From positions 1,246,040 through 1,310,039 of the forward strand of contig NW_015161407.1 of the NCBI RefSeq assembly GCF_001447785.1: a DNA stretch of 64,000 bases, read 5' to 3'. Of the stretch, positions 63,010-64,000 are shown one piece after another (positions within the stretch are counted from its first letter, which is position 1; each line of letters opens with the position of its first letter). The notes beneath the pieces are model-generated. The model did not search any database and was not told where the DNA came from. It worked only from the letters and a program-made list of their open reading frames with translations. The DNA is from Gekko japonicus. Its lineage: Eukaryota. The translations under genes were made by a program, and so were the position numbers.

Positions 63010-64000
63010 CATTTAAAAACCTCTCCCCAACTGACCTGCTTCTCTGGGGGGGAGGGGCAATCGATCTGTGCCTGCTGCCCAGCATGCCTGTCTGGTGTGA
63101 CAGACACACCCCGTCCTCCAGAAAACCAACCTTCTAGAAATTAAAGGGAGTAAATTTGGGGAGAATGAATGGGGGGAAAGGACTTAAGATAGAAGAGAAA
63201 GCAAGAAGAACCTAAACCAAAAGCCCCTCTCCACACACGCACAAACACACCAGACCAAAAAAAATAAAATGGGGAAAAAGTAGAGGAAACAAGCAACAAA
63301 GCCTCACACCCCAAATCCCAAAAAAAGAGAAACAGAAGAAAAAGATGGCAAAGGATGGTGAAGGGGGGGGGGGAGAGAGAGAGAGAGAGAGAGAGAATTT
63401 AAAGAAAATAACAGAACCTCTACACACACACGCCCAAAACAAGAACCAAAAATGAATGAGTTAACCAAGTTTTAAGCCAACTCCAACCAAAGCTAAGAAC
63501 CAACAAAAGGAACCCTTGTCCTGGCCTCGCCATCTACCACCAGGCCCAAACAACAACAAACTCCACAAGAATTACTGCAAGCACAAACGATCAGAAAGAG
63601 TAAAACCTAAAAATAAAGCCAAAGGGAACAACAACAACAACAAAAAGGCCTGAGGCTCTTGCCCTCACCCCCCCACACACACACACATAACCATCAGGCC
63701 CCATAAAACAAGCAAAAAACTCCAAATGTAAGCCACAACATCATAAGAAATTAAAACAAAAGAATAAAACCAAAGGGCACAAACAAAAAAAAGGCCTGAA
63801 GCCCTTGGTCTGACCCCCCCCCCACACACACACACCTACCACCCACCAAGTGCAAAGAATAAGTTAAAGTAAAATAAGAAGACTTTAAAACAATGTTAAG
63901 TGAAACCAGTCCCTGTCTTCAGTCTTCTGCAGGCAGGCAGGCAGGCAGGCAGGATCTGATCTGAAGTCCACAGTTGCTCAAGCAGCAGGAGTCAAACTCA

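Noticed and set aside
48876-64000. Further MCUB exons
   Set aside because: No recognisable coding exon with convincing splice sites; exon 2 probably lies beyond the window, so the gene identity is unconfirmed.
1-64000. CRISPR arrays, operons or other prokaryotic systems
   Set aside because: The sequence is intron-exon vertebrate DNA; no repeat-spacer arrays were seen.

Overview
Vertebrate genomic DNA from a squamate reptile (Sauria and 5S-Sauria SINEs; gecko-like repeats by inference), with two N-gaps. Positions 1.3-39.5 kb hold 22 + strand coding exons of SEC24B (COPII cargo adaptor), from an internal exon to the stop at 37514-37516. All junctions are GT-AG and the frame is continuous. A CpG-island promoter and first exon encoding a mitochondrial-targeting-like peptide follow (probably MCUB/CCDC109B, by synteny). 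This unit is present twice as a gap-free ~2.9 kb tandem duplication (43068-48875). The presumed first intron contains a very young Ty1/Copia element (58261-63009) with identical 411-bp LTRs, a CATTT TSD and a half-tRNA-iMet-type PBS. Its single 1195-aa ORF keeps PR-IN-RT-RH but appears to lack the Gag capsid through an in-frame deletion. The same intron has an internally deleted Gmr1-like Gypsy element whose Gag carries a SCAN domain (55211-57473). Introns also contain CR1, L2, L1, Penelope, hAT/TcMar MITEs, SINEs and several local templated or inverted duplications. Repeat family names are from recognition, not database searches.
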